A stretch of DNA of 24,345 bases from contig JAZUQA010000010.1 in the NCBI GenBank assembly GCA_045605425.1, positions 1-24,345 on the forward strand, in the 5' to 3' direction. The translations under genes and the position numbers were made by a program. Below are positions 6,089 through 13,846 of this stretch, piece after piece. The stretch's first letter is position 1. The number at the start of each line of letters is the position of its first letter. The DNA comes from Acutalibacteraceae bacterium. GTDB taxonomy: Bacteria; Bacillota; Clostridia; Oscillospirales; Acutalibacteraceae. The notes beneath the pieces are model-generated. The model was given only the letters and a program-made list of their open reading frames with translations. It was not told the DNA's origin and did no database searches.

Positions 6089-8239
6089 ATGAAATTTTTC
6101 AAAAAACCGTTAGCTGTTTTGCTGACACTTGCAATGGTTATCGGTATCTTTGCGGCAGTTGGTGTTAACACCTCTGCGGCAGAACCGGGACTTTGGGTAG
6201 GCGGTGTTGAGATGAACGATGGCGACTACCTTGCAAACGGTGCAACCGCAACCACAACAACCGAGCCTTCGGGCGGCTATGCTTATTTTAAAGACGGCGT
6301 GCTTACTCTCAACAACTATGTGTATGAGGGCGCCGGCGTTCCTCAAACTAACGGTCATGTGACATGGGCTGAGTTGATCAGTTATAAGATACCGCTGACA
6401 CTCAATCTTAAGGGCGATAATAAGCTTATTTTCGCTCCTGATTCAGAAGAAATCTCCACTTGCTATGCTGTCAGCAGTTACGATGCATATGACAGTAACC
6501 TTACGGTTGAAGGAGACGGCAAGCTGAGTACAAATGCTAGAAGGATACTTTATTCAGACGTATCTGATATAACTGTCAACGGCGGCATAATTGAAGGCAC
6601 TATATACGCGCTGAATAAAAACATTACTATCAATGATGGTTATATTATAGGTATTATATATGCAAACGGCAGAATTGTAATCAACGGCGGTACAGTTTAT
6701 GGTGGAGATATCTCTTCATACAATGCTATTACTATCAACGGCGGTAATATTCTCGCTGTAAACCGCACTGAATATGATGATGATACAGATAGATATGCAA
6801 TACAGGTTGAAGATGAAGAACCTGCTGATTCTATCACTTTCGCTCCCTCACTTGTAATCAAGGCTTCAACAGAGCCTTACGGCGAGCTTGTTGATTACGT
6901 AGCAGAAAATCATAAGGATTACGATATGATAGTAATCGGCGATATTCACTTCTGTGATGTCGCACTTGTTGAAGGTACAGAGGCTGACTGCGAAAACGAC
7001 GGCTACAAGCCATACTACGAGTGCGAGTGCGGCAAGTGCTATCTTGACGAAAACTGCGAAGAAGAGATTGCAGACATTAACGAATGGAAGTCGGGCGACG
7101 GTTTAATCCCCGCACTCAATCACCCCGAAAGAACAGACACTGTTGTAACAGAGGCCACCTGTAGCAAGGAAGGCGTTATTGAAACAACCTGCGATATCTG
7201 CGGTGACGTTATTGCCACAACTGCTATTGAAAAGCTTCCTCACGCTGAAACTATCGACGTGCCCACAACAAAGCCCACCTGCACGGATGCAGGCATTATC
7301 GAAACCTTCTGCACAGAGTGCGGCGAAAAGACAGCTACAAAGCCCGTTGAGTCCACAGGACACGACGAAGGAATCTGGAAGGTCGATTTTGAAGCAACAG
7401 CAGAGCACGACGGTCAGATGACACGTTACTGCACAAAGTGTAATGCAGTGCTTGAAACCAAGACATTTGAGAAGCACACACATACAGAGGGCTATACAAA
7501 GACAATCCCCGCAACCTGCACACAGGATGGCGAAAAGGCTACATTCTGCGCTGAATGCGGCACATGCTACAAAACAGAAGTAATCGAAAAGACAGGTCAC
7601 GGTGAAACAGTTGAAACAGTTTCCGTTAAGCCCACCTGCACACAGGCAGGCGAAAATGTCAAGTACTGTAAGGATTGCGGCGTTGCAGTTGAAACAGTGG
7701 TTGTTGAAGCAACAGACCATGCATGGAGTGGTTACAGCACAAATGCTAACGGCTCACACTCCAAAACCTGCTACAACTGCGGTGTTGAGGAAAAAGAAAA
7801 CTGCACATACACAGCAACTTCAACTGCATCAACCTGCCTTGAAAGCGGCTACACAAAGCACGAGTGCGACGTTTGCGGTCACAGCTACATTGACAGCGAA
7901 ACTCCGGCTCTCGGTCACAAGTGGGGTAAGTGGACAGACGACGCTAACGGTACAACTCACACAAGAGTATGTGATGCTTGCGGCGAAAAAGAAACTCACG
8001 ACCACGAGTGGGGTGAGTGGATATATAACGAGGACGGTACTTTCACAGAAAACGGCACCAAGACAAGAGCTTGTGCAATCTGCGGTGCTGAAGAAACTGA
8101 TACAGCTCACCACACATCCGATATCTGCAGATTCTTCTATCCCATAATCTGCTTTGTTGGTAACATTGTTCACAAGATTCTTTATACCCTTACACTTGAT
8201 TGGCTCTTCCCCGAAATTACAATCAAACCCGAGTTTTAA
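6089..8239 (+). CDS. Secreted/cell-surface protein: signal peptide, beta-helix-like N-terminal domain, ~10 Cys3-His repeat units, C-terminal hydrophobic tail
   Basis: RBS AAAGGAGA. Signal peptide MKFFKKPLAVLLTLAMVIGIFAAVGVNTSA/AEP. The segment from residues ~150-230 is rich in 'I.INGG.I' repeats. From ~6950 to 8110 there are repeats of the form H-x(10-13)-C-x4-G-x4-C-x2-CG, for example HAETIDVPTTKPTCTDAGIIETFCTECGEKTATKPVESTG. The tail is ...ICRFFYPIICFVGNIVHKILYTLTLDWLF. Confidence 0.8.
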   Translation: MKFFKKPLAVLLTLAMVIGIFAAVGVNTSAAEPGLWVGGVEMNDGDYLANGATATTTTEPSGGYAYFKDGVLTLNNYVYEGAGVPQTNGHVTWAELISYKIPLTLNLKGDNKLIFAPDSEEISTCYAVSSYDAYDSNLTVEGDGKLSTNARRILYSDVSDITVNGGIIEGTIYALNKNITINDGYIIGIIYANGRIVINGGTVYGGDISSYNAITINGGNILAVNRTEYDDDTDRYAIQVEDEEPADSITFAPSLVIKASTEPYGELVDYVAENHKDYDMIVIGDIHFCDVALVEGTEADCENDGYKPYYECECGKCYLDENCEEEIADINEWKSGDGLIPALNHPERTDTVVTEATCSKEGVIETTCDICGDVIATTAIEKLPHAETIDVPTTKPTCTDAGIIETFCTECGEKTATKPVESTGHDEGIWKVDFEATAEHDGQMTRYCTKCNAVLETKTFEKHTHTEGYTKTIPATCTQDGEKATFCAECGTCYKTEVIEKTGHGETVETVSVKPTCTQAGENVKYCKDCGVAVETVVVEATDHAWSGYSTNANGSHSKTCYNCGVEEKENCTYTATSTASTCLESGYTKHECDVCGHSYIDSETPALGHKWGKWTDDANGTTHTRVCDACGEKETHDHEWGEWIYNEDGTFTENGTKTRACAICGAEETDTAHHTSDICRFFYPIICFVGNIVHKILYTLTLDWLFPEITIKPEF

Positions 8240-8258
8240 TTTAACAGCATAACCCCAA

Positions 8259-8286
8259 GGCGGCGGAGAAATCCGCCGTCTTTTTG
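8259..8286 (+). terminator. Intrinsic terminator GGCGGCGGA-gaaa-TCCGCCGTC followed by T5
   Basis: 9-bp GC-rich stem with one G-U pair, a GNRA-type loop and a T-tract, 20 nt after the stop at 8239. The identical hairpin recurs at 12004-12031. Confidence 0.85.
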
Positions 8287-8425
8287 TGAAAGGTTCAAGT
8301 GTTTCTCTGGAACAGGTCTCTTACCAATTGACCGGGTATTGATTATTATAAACTTTTTGTCAATTGTGGATTTTTAACTTTTTTTATGATATATTTGTAA
8401 TCGGTATAAGAAAGGAGGCGTTAAT

Positions 8426-10087
8426 TTGGTCAGAACAAAGTACAAAACCGTTATTTATTTAACCGGCGCACTTGTTTTGTCTATGTTCGGTATTGTTTAT
8501 AACGGTATAGATTTCCCGCTTTCCGATTCTTATATGAAAAATACATTTACTCTTATTCCTCATCTTATTTTTATTACATTGCAGGTTGGTTGGGTTATAT
8601 CTCTCCAACGCCGCATTATTAACAAGCGAATACGCATTTACCTGATTGCTGTCGGTTTGCTTATGGCGTTCTGGTTAACGGTGCGCACCTGTAAGTGGTT
8701 TTTTGTTTCCGATATGGAGGTTTTGTGCCGCTATTTGTGGTATGCGTTTTATATTCCTATGGTTCTTATTCCTCTTATAGGTGTGTTTATTACAACGTAT
8801 ATCGGTAAATCCGACAGCTATAAAATGCCAAAATGGCTCAATTTGTTTTTTATTCCTGCCGCAGCTCTTCTTGTACTGATTTTCACAAATGATTTTCACA
8901 ATCTCGTTTTTGAATTTCCGCACGGAATTGAGTTTTTTAATGACGATTATACCTACGGTGTCGGTTTTTATATCACTGCGTTCTGGTTTATTGCTCTCGG
9001 CTTCTATTTTGTTACAATGCTCATTATTAAAAGCCGTGTGCCCGGCAGCAAGACAGTTCAGACCCTGCCCTTGGTAATAATGGCCTGCGCCGTTGTTTTC
9101 TGGCTTCTTTATTCATCGAAAATTATCAATGTTGACCTTACCGCTGTTGACTGTCTTATTATTACTCTGCTTCTTGAAAGTGCGATACAAAGCGGACTTA
9201 TACGCTCAAATACGGGCTATAACGAGCTTTTTGAGATTTCAACTGTTGCCGCACAGGTTGTTGACAGAAATTATCAGACCTGTTACATATCTGCTTATGC
9301 CGATGATTATCCTGAGGATGTAATGAAAAGTGCAGCCGAGAAGGCTGTCGACCTTGGCAAAACAATACTTCACAGTAAGCCTGTTTCGGGCGGATATTTC
9401 CTTTGGCAGGATGATGTAAAGCAGATAAAAAGCCTTATGAAAACGCTTGAAGAAACTCAGGAAAGATTAAGCGAAAACAACTTTCTTTTAAGAGCTGAAA
9501 TTGAAATCAAGGAGCAAAAGGCACGCTTTGATGAAAAAAACCGCCTGTATGACCGTATTGCACAGGATGTTGCAATGCAGCTGTCATTGGCGGATGACTT
9601 GATTGCACAGGCTGAAAAAAATCCGGAGAGCGCTAACAAAGCCTTGGCGCAGGTTTGTGTAATCAGCGCATACATAAAGCGCAGAAGTAACCTTCTTTTA
9701 CTCGGGGAGGAAAACAACTTTATTTCAGCAGGCGAGCTTGAATTTTGTCTGCATGAATCGCTTGATAATCTTCGTTTGCTCGGTGTTTTTACATCGGTTA
9801 ACAGCAGCTGTAACGGCTTAGTCAGCGTTGAAAATGCCGTTGCGGTGTACGATTTGTTTGAACAGATGGTTGAATGTATAATTCACGCTGTAAATGCGTT
9901 TATGGTTAATATAAAGAGCAGCGACGGTGTTATCAGCCTTTCACTTCAGGCGGGTGTTGATGAAGACGCTGATCTTTCGGGCTTAACTAATCTTCAAATT
10001 AACGGTGGTAATGTCAGTGTTGATATTGACTGTAACGACATTACGGTAGATATTCTTCTGCCTGCAGGGGGTGAAGAATATGCTTGA
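8426..10087 (+). CDS. Polytopic (7-8 TM) sensor-kinase-like protein, apparently a pseudo-kinase (no phosphoacceptor His, no G1/G2 ATP-lid boxes)
   Basis: RBS AAGGAGG (8412-8418) with a TTG start at 8426. The N-terminal ~260 aa contain 7-8 hydrophobic helices, like the HisKA_7TM-type N-terminal region. A coiled-coil segment EQKARFDEKNRLYDRIAQDVAMQL aligns by eye with the H-box of the next gene (KIRIHSELGQAL), with Tyr in place of His. The C-terminus has a GHKL-like layout but no DxGxG or GxGL motifs. Confidence 0.65.
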   Translation: MVRTKYKTVIYLTGALVLSMFGIVYNGIDFPLSDSYMKNTFTLIPHLIFITLQVGWVISLQRRIINKRIRIYLIAVGLLMAFWLTVRTCKWFFVSDMEVLCRYLWYAFYIPMVLIPLIGVFITTYIGKSDSYKMPKWLNLFFIPAAALLVLIFTNDFHNLVFEFPHGIEFFNDDYTYGVGFYITAFWFIALGFYFVTMLIIKSRVPGSKTVQTLPLVIMACAVVFWLLYSSKIINVDLTAVDCLIITLLLESAIQSGLIRSNTGYNELFEISTVAAQVVDRNYQTCYISAYADDYPEDVMKSAAEKAVDLGKTILHSKPVSGGYFLWQDDVKQIKSLMKTLEETQERLSENNFLLRAEIEIKEQKARFDEKNRLYDRIAQDVAMQLSLADDLIAQAEKNPESANKALAQVCVISAYIKRRSNLLLLGEENNFISAGELEFCLHESLDNLRLLGVFTSVNSSCNGLVSVENAVAVYDLFEQMVECIIHAVNAFMVNIKSSDGVISLSLQAGVDEDADLSGLTNLQINGGNVSVDIDCNDITVDILLPAGGEEYA

Positions 10088-11360
10088 TTTATATAGCCTT
10101 GCTATGGTGCCAAGAGCGCTGTTTATGACGGTTTTGTTTTTACTTTCAACTTTTAATGTATGCTGTCTGCCGAATGTTTTCAGGCGTGGGTATAAGCTGA
10201 TAACCAAGCTGCTGACGGTTGTTTTTATTGTGTTCAGCTTTTCATTTTGTGTTATTCTGACTACCGGGATATACGCCTTGCTTGATGGGAAAGAAATTCC
10301 GCAGTTAAGTCTGAAATTCGGAAGTAATGCGGAATATGTTCTGTTTTTTATGCTTGTGAACAGTGTTTTCCTTGTTCTTATTGTTGTCGGCGAGTACAGA
10401 TATATTAGAAACAGCGTTTCTACATTGTCAATTAAAGAAAGCTTTGACCATCTGCCGACAGGTCTTTGTTTTTCAAAAGCAAACGGTACGGTTCAGCTTG
10501 TTAATCACAAGATGAATGAATTAAGCCATATTATAACCGGTGAAGAGCTGCAGAACGCCAACCGATTCTGGAGAATTCTGTGCAACGGTTCGGTTTTAGC
10601 TGATGTTCAGCGTTTATCCAAGGGAAAGCAACCGGAATTCAGACTCAGCGACGGTACAATTTATACCTTTGCCAGAGAAAAGGTTGAAAATGTTTTCCAG
10701 CTGACAGCCACCGATACAACCGGACTTCATAAGCTCAAAAACCGCTTGCAGAGCAATAACGAAGAGCTTGAGGAAATGAACGCAAGGCTTCGTGCTTACG
10801 GTGAAACGGTTGATGAAACGACAAGGGCACGAGAAAGACTTGAAACAAAAATACGAATTCACAGCGAGCTTGGTCAGGCTTTGCTTGCAACACGCCATTG
10901 CCTTCATCAGCCCGATGCGGATTTGCAGCCTGTACTGAATGCGTGGAAAAGAAATATTGCCGTTCTTCGTACGGAGGCTGAACCCTCGCAGAATACGGAT
11001 TTGCTTCAGTCGCTTATTGCGGTTGCGGAGTCTGCCGGCGTAAGCGTTGAGATTAACGGCAGCATTCCGCAGGATGAAACTGTGGCTTCCGTTATGACCT
11101 CTGCGGCTACCGAAGCACTTACCAACGCCGTGCGTCACGCTCAGGCAACAACACTTTTTGTTGAGTTTACCGAGTCGGATGAGTTTTATTTTGCCCGCTA
11201 TACCAACGATGGCAATGTTCCCGATAAAGAAATTAATGAGGGCGGCGGTCTTGGCTCGCTGCGGAATAAAATTGAACGCTGCGGCGGCGAAATGCATATT
11301 CAGTCTGTTCCGAAGTATGTTCTCGATATATCTTTACCAAAAGAGGTGAGCGGGTTTTGA
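10080..11360 (+). CDS. Membrane sensor histidine kinase, HisKA_3 / NarX-LiaS-DesK class
   Basis: ATG 10080 lies 7 nt after GGGGGTG. GTG 10071 is an alternative start, and either start overlaps the upstream stop at 10085-10087. The protein has 3-4 N-terminal TM helices and a PAS-like segment (FDHLPTGLCFSKANGTVQLVNHKMNEL). The H-box is RIHSELGQALL, the N-box TEALTNAVRHA, the G1-like box YTNDGNV and the G2 box GGGLGSLRNKIE. Confidence 0.85.
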   Translation: MLDLYSLAMVPRALFMTVLFLLSTFNVCCLPNVFRRGYKLITKLLTVVFIVFSFSFCVILTTGIYALLDGKEIPQLSLKFGSNAEYVLFFMLVNSVFLVLIVVGEYRYIRNSVSTLSIKESFDHLPTGLCFSKANGTVQLVNHKMNELSHIITGEELQNANRFWRILCNGSVLADVQRLSKGKQPEFRLSDGTIYTFAREKVENVFQLTATDTTGLHKLKNRLQSNNEELEEMNARLRAYGETVDETTRARERLETKIRIHSELGQALLATRHCLHQPDADLQPVLNAWKRNIAVLRTEAEPSQNTDLLQSLIAVAESAGVSVEINGSIPQDETVASVMTSAATEALTNAVRHAQATTLFVEFTESDEFYFARYTNDGNVPDKEINEGGGLGSLRNKIERCGGEMHIQSVPKYVLDISLPKEVSGF

Positions 11361-11992
11361 TTAAGGTTCTGATAGTAGAAGACGACCCTATGGCACGTAA
11401 GCTCCTTGAAATTTACGTCAACGACAGCTTTGATTACATTCTTTCTCATTCAATAGAAAGCGCAGCAATGGCAGAGCTCTATTGTATGAAAAACGATGTT
11501 GATCTGATTCTTATGGACGTCTGCACGGCAATGGACGCAAACGGACTTGACGCTGCTGCAAAAATCAAGAAGAGCTTTCCGAAAATTAAAATAGTTATTG
11601 TAACAAGTCAGCCGGAGTTCAGCTATATTGACAGAGCACGTGCGGCAGGAGTTGAAAGCTTCTGGTATAAGAGTGCCTCTGCTGAGGAAATAATTGAGGT
11701 TATGGACAGAACAATGGCAGGGGAGTCCGTTTACCCGGACACTACGCCTACACTCAGGCTCGGTTCAGCAATGAATATTGACCTTACCGAAAAGGAGCTT
11801 GAGGTTCTGCGTGAGGTTATAAACGGAGAATCCGATGCGGGAATAGCCGAAAAGCTGCATATGTCTCTGCGTACGGTAAAGGGACATATACAGAGTATGC
11901 GTGACAAAACAGGCTTCCGTAACCGCACAGAGCTTGCCGTAAGAACACGGGAAAGCGGAATTATAATCAACGACCATAAAAAAGAACAATAA
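11357..11992 (+). CDS. Response regulator, NarL/FixJ (LuxR-type HTH) family
   Basis: The TTG start overlaps the kinase stop (TTGA, 11357-11360). Receiver motifs are present: VLIVEDDP, DLILMDV (Asp54), IVIVTS and WYKS. The C-terminal LTEKELEVLREVINGESDAGIAEKLHMSLRTVKGHIQSMRDK is a LuxR/GerE HTH. Confidence 0.9.
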   Translation: MIKVLIVEDDPMARKLLEIYVNDSFDYILSHSIESAAMAELYCMKNDVDLILMDVCTAMDANGLDAAAKIKKSFPKIKIVIVTSQPEFSYIDRARAAGVESFWYKSASAEEIIEVMDRTMAGESVYPDTTPTLRLGSAMNIDLTEKELEVLREVINGESDAGIAEKLHMSLRTVKGHIQSMRDKTGFRNRTELAVRTRESGIIINDHKKEQ

Positions 11993-12003
11993 CTTGCATT
12001 TGT

Positions 12004-12031
12004 GGCGGCGGAGAAATCCGCCGTCTTTTTT
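12004..12031 (+). terminator. Intrinsic terminator GGCGGCGGA-gaaa-TCCGCCGTC followed by T6 (duplicate of 8259-8286)
   Basis: Hairpin sequence identical to 8259-8280, 12 nt after the response-regulator stop. Confidence 0.85.
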
Positions 12032-12054
12032 ATGAAAAAAACTTCAGAATTACG

Positions 12055-12110
12055 AAAAGTTTGCACTAAAGTACGGTGTGCGAAGGAAAACAAATTGATA
12101 TAATTATAAT
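12055..12110 (+). promoter_or_regulatory. Box B: the 28-nt element (12055-12082) plus an extended -10 TGaTATAAT (12096-12104) overlapping a second TATAAT (12105-12110)
   Basis: Exact 28-mer. The downstream 19-mer TTGATATAATTATAATGTA is identical to copy C. It lies upstream of the gene at 12139. Confidence 0.75.
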
Positions 12111-12138
12111 GTACGATTATATAAAAGAAGGTGAATAA

Positions 12139-13806
12139 ATGGCATTTCGCAGGAAAGAGTTTTTGCAGGATGATTTCGGTGAAGAACATATTTCCTCAAG
12201 CGAGCACGTTATTTCCGACGAATATTCTTATCTCGATGAAACATCGGAATATGATGAACGCTTTTTTCATTCTGATGAATATAACCAGGAGTTTACTGCA
12301 GGCTTAAAAGAAAAAGAGCAGGAAGACGAGGGTGAGGAAGAGGCTGAAACTGAAGAAAAGCAAAAAATCAGCTTTCTCAACAAGACAGCCGATGCTGTTA
12401 AGAATATCGGAATTGTTCTTGCTGTCGGCGCAACGGTTGCCGTCAGCCCCATAGGTGACAGGCTGACGCAGTCCTTTACCGAGCCTGTGACTGAACACGA
12501 GCATATTATTTCTTCGGAATGGACATTACATAATGCCGCAAGCTGTTCTGCGGCGGGTGAGGAAGTGTTACTGTGTACCCTTTGCGGAGAAACACTTGAA
12601 ACAAGAATAGTTCCGCAGCTTGAACACGAGGCAGGGGACTGGACAGTCAGCGTTAATGCGGACTGTGTTAACAGCGGTATTGAAATTATACCGTGTATTC
12701 ATTGTAATGAGGCACTCGAAGAAAGAGAAATCCCTGCCGGTGAGCACGGCTCAAGTGACTGGATAATTGATACGGAGAAAACCTGTACCGTTGACGGAGT
12801 AAGGCATAAGGAATGCTCGGGCTGCGGTATGGAGCTTGAACGGGAAATAATCCCCGCAGCACACACCGTTGTAAAGGATCCGGCTGTTAAGGCAACCTGT
12901 AAAAAGGACGGCAAAACAGAGGGCTCACATTGCTCGGTTTGTAACAAGGTTCTGAAAGCACAGACTGTTGTTAAGGGCACGCACGTTGAGGTTGAAGACC
13001 CTGCTGTTCAGGCAACCTGCCAGAAGGACGGTCTTACAAAGGGTAGCCACTGCTCGGTGTGTAACAAGGTGCTTGTTGAACAAAAGGCTGTAAAAGGCAC
13101 TCACGTTGAAGTTGTGGATGCTGCAATAGCGACAACCTGCACAACCGACGGTAAAACACAGGGTAGTCATTGCTCAGCCTGCGGTAAGGTAATAAAAGCG
13201 CAGACCGTTATTTCCAAAACGGGACATAAAACTGTTAAGGATGCGGCTGTAGCGGCGACCTGTACAACAGAAGGTAAAACAGAAGGCAGCCATTGCTCGG
13301 TTTGTAACACGGTTATTACCGCACAGAAAATAATTCCCAAAACAAACCACAATGAAGTAATTGACCCAGCCGTAGCGGCAACTTGTTCCAAGACAGGTCT
13401 TACTGAAGGCAGTCATTGCTCCGTATGCCGTGAAATAATCATTGCGCAGAGTACCGTTGCAAAGAAAGCACATACCCCCGTAACAGATGCGGCTGTTGAA
13501 GCAAGCTGTACATCAGCAGGTAAAACACAGGGCAGCCACTGCTCAGCTTGCGGCACTGTTATAACGGCTCAGCAGACTATTCCTGCATTGGGACATACCA
13601 GAGTAGTAAGAGAAGGCAGTGAACCCACCTGCGACAGTGACGGATATACTGACTATATCTTCTGCCAGACTTGTAAGGAGATTATTCAGGAGCAGGAGGT
13701 TATACCTAAGCTCGGCCATCAATGGAAGGGTGAGCCGTTTACCGGTCCTAACGGTGCTCAGGTACTTACCTGTGAACGATGTGGCGAATCCAAAGAAGAT
13801 TTGTAA
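12139..13806 (+). CDS. Type II membrane-anchored protein: acidic N-terminal tail, one TM helix, 11 tandem Cys3-His repeat units
   Basis: RBS GAAGGTG. Residues 1-85 are very acidic (...KEKEQEDEGEEEAETEEKQK). The TM helix is IGIVLAVGATVAVSPIG. Repeats follow, for example HVEVEDPAVQATCQKDGLTKGSHCSVCNKVLVEQKAVKGT, with the pattern H-x11-C-x9-HC-x2-C. Confidence 0.8.
   Translation: MAFRRKEFLQDDFGEEHISSSEHVISDEYSYLDETSEYDERFFHSDEYNQEFTAGLKEKEQEDEGEEEAETEEKQKISFLNKTADAVKNIGIVLAVGATVAVSPIGDRLTQSFTEPVTEHEHIISSEWTLHNAASCSAAGEEVLLCTLCGETLETRIVPQLEHEAGDWTVSVNADCVNSGIEIIPCIHCNEALEEREIPAGEHGSSDWIIDTEKTCTVDGVRHKECSGCGMELEREIIPAAHTVVKDPAVKATCKKDGKTEGSHCSVCNKVLKAQTVVKGTHVEVEDPAVQATCQKDGLTKGSHCSVCNKVLVEQKAVKGTHVEVVDAAIATTCTTDGKTQGSHCSACGKVIKAQTVISKTGHKTVKDAAVAATCTTEGKTEGSHCSVCNTVITAQKIIPKTNHNEVIDPAVAATCSKTGLTEGSHCSVCREIIIAQSTVAKKAHTPVTDAAVEASCTSAGKTQGSHCSACGTVITAQQTIPALGHTRVVREGSEPTCDSDGYTDYIFCQTCKEIIQEQEVIPKLGHQWKGEPFTGPNGAQVLTCERCGESKEDL
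12862..13593 (+). repeat. Six in-frame tandem coding repeats of 120-123 nt (units 4-9 of the Cys3-His protein)
   Basis: Units of 40, 40, 41, 41, 41 and 41 codons begin with His codons at 12862, 12982, 13102, 13225, 13348 and 13471. DNA strings such as GGTAGCCACTGCTCGGTGTGTAACAAGGT recur. Confidence 0.85.
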
Positions 13807-13846
13807 GATTTTTTAAAGTTAAATATACTGAAAGGATATTAGAATT

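Noticed and set aside
7103-8173. Alternative-frame and antisense ORFs inside the Cys-repeat gene: 7103..7720 (-), 7602..8147 (+), 7829..8173 (-)
   Set aside because: They are Cys/Leu- or Thr/Ala/Gln-rich frame shadows caused by the biased, repetitive codon content of 6089..8239. None has a start context. The + frame of 6089..8239 carries a signal peptide and a coherent repeat architecture.
8287-8425. A fourth copy of the 28-nt box upstream of the sensor operon (autoregulation)
   Set aside because: No match to the box is present. Only the -10-proximal string TTATGATAT resembles the box-A promoter. The promoter assignment here is too weak to list as a feature.
12862-13593. A regular ~120-nt repeat array that could be mistaken for a CRISPR array or satellite
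   Set aside because: The repeats are contiguous with no unique spacers. They are much longer than CRISPR repeats, in frame, and encode a conserved 40-41-aa protein unit. No cas genes are present.
12139-13806. The Cys-repeat protein as a multi-core RiPP precursor
   Set aside because: It has a TM anchor and a long acidic tail rather than a leader peptide. The units lack obvious protease recognition boundaries. The window contains no radical-SAM, lanthionine synthetase, cyclodehydratase or peptidase/exporter genes.
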